A stretch of DNA of 19,220 bases from an uncultured archaeon. Lineage in GTDB: Archaea; Asgardarchaeota; Lokiarchaeia; Sigyniarchaeales; SOKP01. Of the stretch, positions 12,001 to 18,000 are shown in pieces. Every line of letters begins with the position of its first letter. Position 1 is the stretch's first letter. A model generated the notes under the pieces. That model was given only the letters and a program-made list of their open reading frames with translations, was not told the origin of the DNA and made no database searches. The stretch lies in NCBI GenBank assembly GCA_964525635.1, contig CAZGJX010000021.1, forward strand, positions 25,558 through 44,777. The letters run 5' to 3'. The position numbers were made by a program, and so were the translations under genes.

Positions 12001-15000
12001 CCTCTATTTTACTTACAAAATATCGATGCTAACCAATTTGTACCTATAAGAAATGAAAATCCCGATTTGCAGATATTTAATCCATTTATTATTCAAGGGA
12101 TTAATAATGATACAATACAAGGAGGAAGAATGAGGATTGCTTTACTTTCATATATCCTTCCAGGTAACTTCTCAGAGAGTCAAGATATTTATCTTTCATA
12201 TGAGCGAGAAGATCCCAATATACCCATTAAAATCTCCCAAAATCTACAAATAAATGAATGTGTACTTTTATGTAATTCGCATAAGGTCTTATACCAGAGC
12301 TCTACGTTTGAATCAGAAATTAATTTAGATGGTGCTTACGAAATAGATTTAAATTCCATGTCCAATCCAGAGATAGGAGCGGTAATGAAAATCACAGAAA
12401 AATATGAAAACACTGAAAATCAGATTGAATTTATTCCTATATTTGATTATTCCGTCTCTGTAGATAATATCCTTTCAATTCGACAATGTAATATGAAACA
12501 TCTATTCACAAGCATTATCATCGAATATCTTCCTCAATTAGAGTTAATACAATATCCAGAGTATCCCAACTCATGGTTTGCTCCAAATAATTATCAACAT
12601 TATAGCTTACCCATTTATCTTTCAGATGTAAAAGATAATAATACAGACTACGGTTCATATGTCCATCCAAATATTCCAATAGATTATATCATGGGTTTTA
12701 ATGAGGGGTATGGCCTCTATATCAACTTTACAGACTCAATTGAACCAATTGGGACACCTAAAGCTTCAATATATTATAGCAAGGCTGATGGTAAATATAC
12801 GTATAGTATTCCGATTGAGGATATATTATTATTTAATTGTAAATTTTTGGAGAATCCATTAGATCTTTTAGGAGGTGAAATTCAGGTGGATCTTAATTTG
12901 GGACTTAATAATCTAAGATATTCTAGTATGTCCCAATTAAGGGCAAGCGATTTTAAAGTAAACCTTCGCTTTTATAAATATTGCGAGGGACAAGAACTAA
13001 TTGAAATCGGTACAACAGCAGTATTATTGAACACTTCAAGACTTGATTTCAGTTATCGTCAGATTAATGTTCCAATAGATTCAATTATTTTTTCACAAAA
13101 TGGTGCAGAACAATTAGGAGAAATCCTAACAAAAGGGAGTAAGGATAATTTATTAATAAAAATTCAAAGTACAATAGCAAATATAACCGTAGATGGGGCC
13201 ATTTTTAAGGGAGATTTCGCCCAGCAGATTATAAATGCAGCATTTAAGATAAAATCCCAAGAAGCAGACCTTTTATACAATAAAAATGCAATTTTTGAAC
13301 CTTATATATCTATTCCCCAAAATCAAATAGAGTTATCTTATAGTAATCAAGGAAAGTATCAAATCCCGATAAGTGAGCTATTATATGATTTTGATTATGA
13401 TATTATTGATTTATATACCGCTACCAATGATGTACTATGTAATGATGATTATATCTATGATCCTCTTGTACAAGAAATTACTTTTTTGGGTAATTATTCA
13501 ACCTATAAAGGAAAATTATATGTAAATATTAGTTATAAAGGATTTGAATGGAATAAGGATTCTATCTCAACATTAGAGCCGATTTTTTTTAATTTCTCAG
13601 GTTCTTATATTGAGAGATATACCCAATATATTGAAATCAAAGTTGAATTTAATCAAGATGGTATTCCTGGTTATGAACTCCGTGATTTTGATCATGAGAC
13701 GGGAAGGCTAATTCTTTGTGAGGAAGTGAAGGATGCGAGTCTCATGGATATTTATTTATACAATTACCAAAGATCTAAGTGGGAGATTGTTAATGCTGTT
13801 GTATATGAACGAATCAGTATAACTCAAGAAGGAATAATTCCCGCTTATTCTTATATTCTTGATAGAGAATTTACGAATTTTGAGAATTACTTCCAAAATA
13901 TAAATTCAGATGATTTCCATATGAAGGCTATATTCTCAGTCAAAGGGGATATTGGTAATAGCTTTTCTTCGAAATTGAGTTTAGGTATAGAGAATGCATC
14001 CTGCATGATCTATTACAATCTTCCTACAGAACATATTAACTTGAATCCTATAATTGATTTTGATATTGATCTCACAGAATTTTATCAAAGTAAAGACAAT
14101 GTTATAGAAGAAGTAAAACTATCTTTAGATTATTTTTCGGACATATCCTTTAAAGGCTTGAGTGAAATTGATCAAAATGTACTCATTCAAAAGAGTTATA
14201 ATTTATATTTTCTGGATAAATACTTCCTTGATTATATTTTGGTTAATTTTTCAGAAAATTCAATTATTTTAACTAGTGAACAACTCGAAAGATTTTTATT
14301 TACATCACAGGATCATCAAAAGAAATATATAAGGGCTCAATTAGAATATGATTGGAATTGTATTTTACAGATAAATTCCAATGTAAATTTAAATATGGAA
14401 GTAATTGCGTTTCTACGTTTACAAAAATATGAATTATCAGTAAAATATACATCGATTAAGACAAAAATGATCTCCGCACAGCAAGGAGATTATGATTATC
14501 AATTGCAGACAATAAATGCACCAAATTATATAGAATCTGATGGGACTCTCTATACTCTAGATAACGATGATGACATTGATATTGGTATTATGGGAGGATT
14601 CTTACGAAATGTGGATACCAGACAGAAATTAATGGTTAGGCAAAAATTAATCTATAAATTTTCAGAAAGTCAGGATGGACCATATAATATTATATTGGAT
14701 CAAGATGATACCGATACTATTCTCAGATTTACTAATTTAATTGGTTGTTTAGAAGGACCTATAACATTTAATCTGAATAATAGCCAACATTTCTCATTTT
14801 ATGCTGATTTCGAGATAATGAACATCTCAATGTATTATGATAATTTAGGGAATTATATAGGTGATATGATTCCTTCTTCAGAGGACTCTGGATGGTTTGA
14901 ATATGTATGGAATGATATTCAAGCTTTTACCCAGACTCAGACAGGAGATATGATATCAATTATCTTTCAATTGGAAGATATCTTAGGAAATTTAAACTCA

Positions 15001-18000
15001 ATTCGATATAATTTTACTGTTGATTATACTGTCCCTAATCCTTCAATTATTATCGGTCAGGATAATGATAATTATGAGATGAATCAGATAGCAACTCCAT
15101 TTACCTCAATTCAATTTATTCACAATGAAGAAACTGAATATGGTTTTAGCGAATTCTATAAGATTATTGACCTTGTCTCAGGGCAGGAAACTTCATGGAT
15201 AGAATTTAATTCATCTAATATCAATCATCTCAATGATTTTATTAATCTATCATCGAGATTTAAAATATTATATAAAATTATTGATATGGCAGGTAATATT
15301 GGATTATGCGATACTTATAATAATTATAATTATAAATATATTCAATTTTCTACGGAAACAGATCTTTTCTGGTATGATAATGATAATACCATTAATTTAA
15401 ATAGTGTTTTATTAGAGGAAAGAGAGTTAATCTTTCAAGCAGATTTCAATCAGACTTCAGAACTGGACGTATTAATTAATGGGTTTCATTACGGCTCTGC
15501 GATATATGACACGCTAAAAGATTATTATAAAGTGAATTTTGGAACTGAAAATAACTATGATTCATTGATCTGCTACTCAAATTCGCTCTTAAGCCCATAT
15601 ATTACCTCTAATATAAATCCCCTCGATCATATATCATGGGATATTTCAAATGAGGATTATTATGCTGTTGTAAAGCATGTATTATTAAATGGCGAGATTG
15701 AGATCGTAAATAGTCTTACCTATGATAAAATAACAACTTTTAACATTAATAACATTTATGATCGTGGGTTAATCCTTTCTGATTTAGTGAGAATTAAGCA
15801 AGTCTACTATTTTAACTCCTCTGATAGTGATACAATTTATAATTTGGATCTTGGTGACTATTTTGTTGATCAACAAGGTAAAATTACATGGCCAGACACC
15901 TCTCCTATTCATACTATATATAATGACTCTCAAGATGTAAAAGATGGACTTTTATATTTTGAATATGATGCATCTTGGTTTTCTAATGAGCTAAGATTAC
16001 AGAATGCAGACGGGTTTTTCATCAATCTTTCCATCCCTGATGTTTACTATCGACACACGACGATAGAACAATTAGCAATACAATTTATTGATATATTCGG
16101 AAATACCTTTGCAAAGACATATTCCAATATAGATTTAAGCAGATATTTCCAACCTGAAATTCGAGATTTCTACAATGAAAGAATTTTCGGTCTGGGAGAT
16201 ATGATGACAATACCGCTTTATATTCCTTTAGAAGAACTTGCTATGTCGAATATATACGCTGATCTAGACTTAAATCTATTGGAATCTATAAGTTTCACAA
16301 TTACCGATTCTGATATGTGGCCCTCATCTTTCTATGAAGAAAATGATGAAATTTCTGTATTAAATTTACCATATCAAAAATTTGCCATAAAAGATATTAG
16401 CCTCTATAATTTAATAATCGATGATATCCTTGAAAATAAAAATGGTATAGTTATATCTAGTATAGAAGTGAGAGCTCCTGAGTTCTATAATTATTATGCG
16501 TCATCAGAATTTCAATTAAAGAAAGTCAACATACCCTTAACGGATGTGAAAGTGTTCTATAATAGAAAGGAAATAACCGAGTGTGTAGACGTGGAATATT
16601 CGGATGATATTGAGGTCTATTTCTATTTTAACCACTCAAATTCACCTATTCTTATGGATGACCTAATGACAATGCAATTATGTCTTACTGATAACTCTTC
16701 TGGAGGTATCTACACCCAAGGAAATATCTATTTTATATCAAAACCCGATTTCTTGAGTCCTGCTGGTTATTTCAGCAAATATTATTATACGAAATTTAAG
16801 GTCCCAATAGAGCTTGACAATTATAGTTTAAAATTTACATCCTATGGAAGCCCAATTCATAATATCTATTTAGAAGAAAATATCTATTTTAAGATAAATG
16901 TCGTTCAAGAAAGCCTTTCAGAAGCCACACCTATTTATTTAGAACAAGATAATTATAAGCTAAACTATGAGGATTCAGTTATAATAAAAGGATGCCTACT
17001 GGATAATGATGAATATCTTGTTGAGGATAAGTTATATAGTTATAGATATCAAGATGCAATCGATGGTGAGAGCGCCTATCCATTATCTATTACCTTTCCT
17101 TATGAAAATGATAATATTATTGATAAATCTGAATTTATGGTCTATTATCTAGACGAACAGCTTGAAAAAGTACTACTTTATGTTAATTTTTATGGAGAGC
17201 ATTATAAGGATACCTCAATTTTAGACTTCAAGAGAGATCCCAAAATTAATTTTGTTAATAATGAGTATATTCTTACAATATATTGGAATTCAAACTCTCT
17301 TGATTTCATAGATTTTAACACCGAATTATTAATTTCAATTAAAAGAATTGATGGAAGGACGATTACCCCTATTTCTTATTCAGAAAGGGATCAATATGGC
17401 AACATACTATATCAAAATTACGTAGAGATTCCGTTTGTAAAATATGATATGATTCAAAATAAATATATAACTAAACAGAATTTTACAGAACCTTTTACCA
17501 TTACACAGCAATTAATGACCTTTGAGACTGAAAATCCGAGTGTATTACTACATAGACCAAAATATCAGGAAGGACCGAACACTATAGAGTTGGATATATT
17601 GGGAATTCAATCCGTCTATGTTAATAAATCCAATTCCTATCTTTTTGAAAGATTGGATGAGGTAAATTATTCCTCCTATATCACCCGTTCAGGAGATCTC
17701 CATGTCGATTACCATAATTTCTCTCAAGGAGATATTGTGCAAATTAACTATTATACATATCTTCCAATAGAAATAGAACATCCATTAAATAGTCCTATTT
17801 CTGAATTATATTCTGTTCGAGTTTATTCAATGGAAAATACTTCTCGGAGATATGAATTTACAAGTGATGAGATTGAAATTTCCGATGATGGACATCGATT
17901 GTATTTACCACATTTATACACTAATTTGGCATATAATAATTTTACCATATACGATAAGTTTGAAGTTCTATATTATAGTAGCCTTACAAAAAATATAGAT

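Noticed and set aside
15313-15340. TAT/AAT low-complexity run (YNNYNYKY)
   Set aside because: Ordinary consequence of Asn/Tyr codons in an AT-rich gene.
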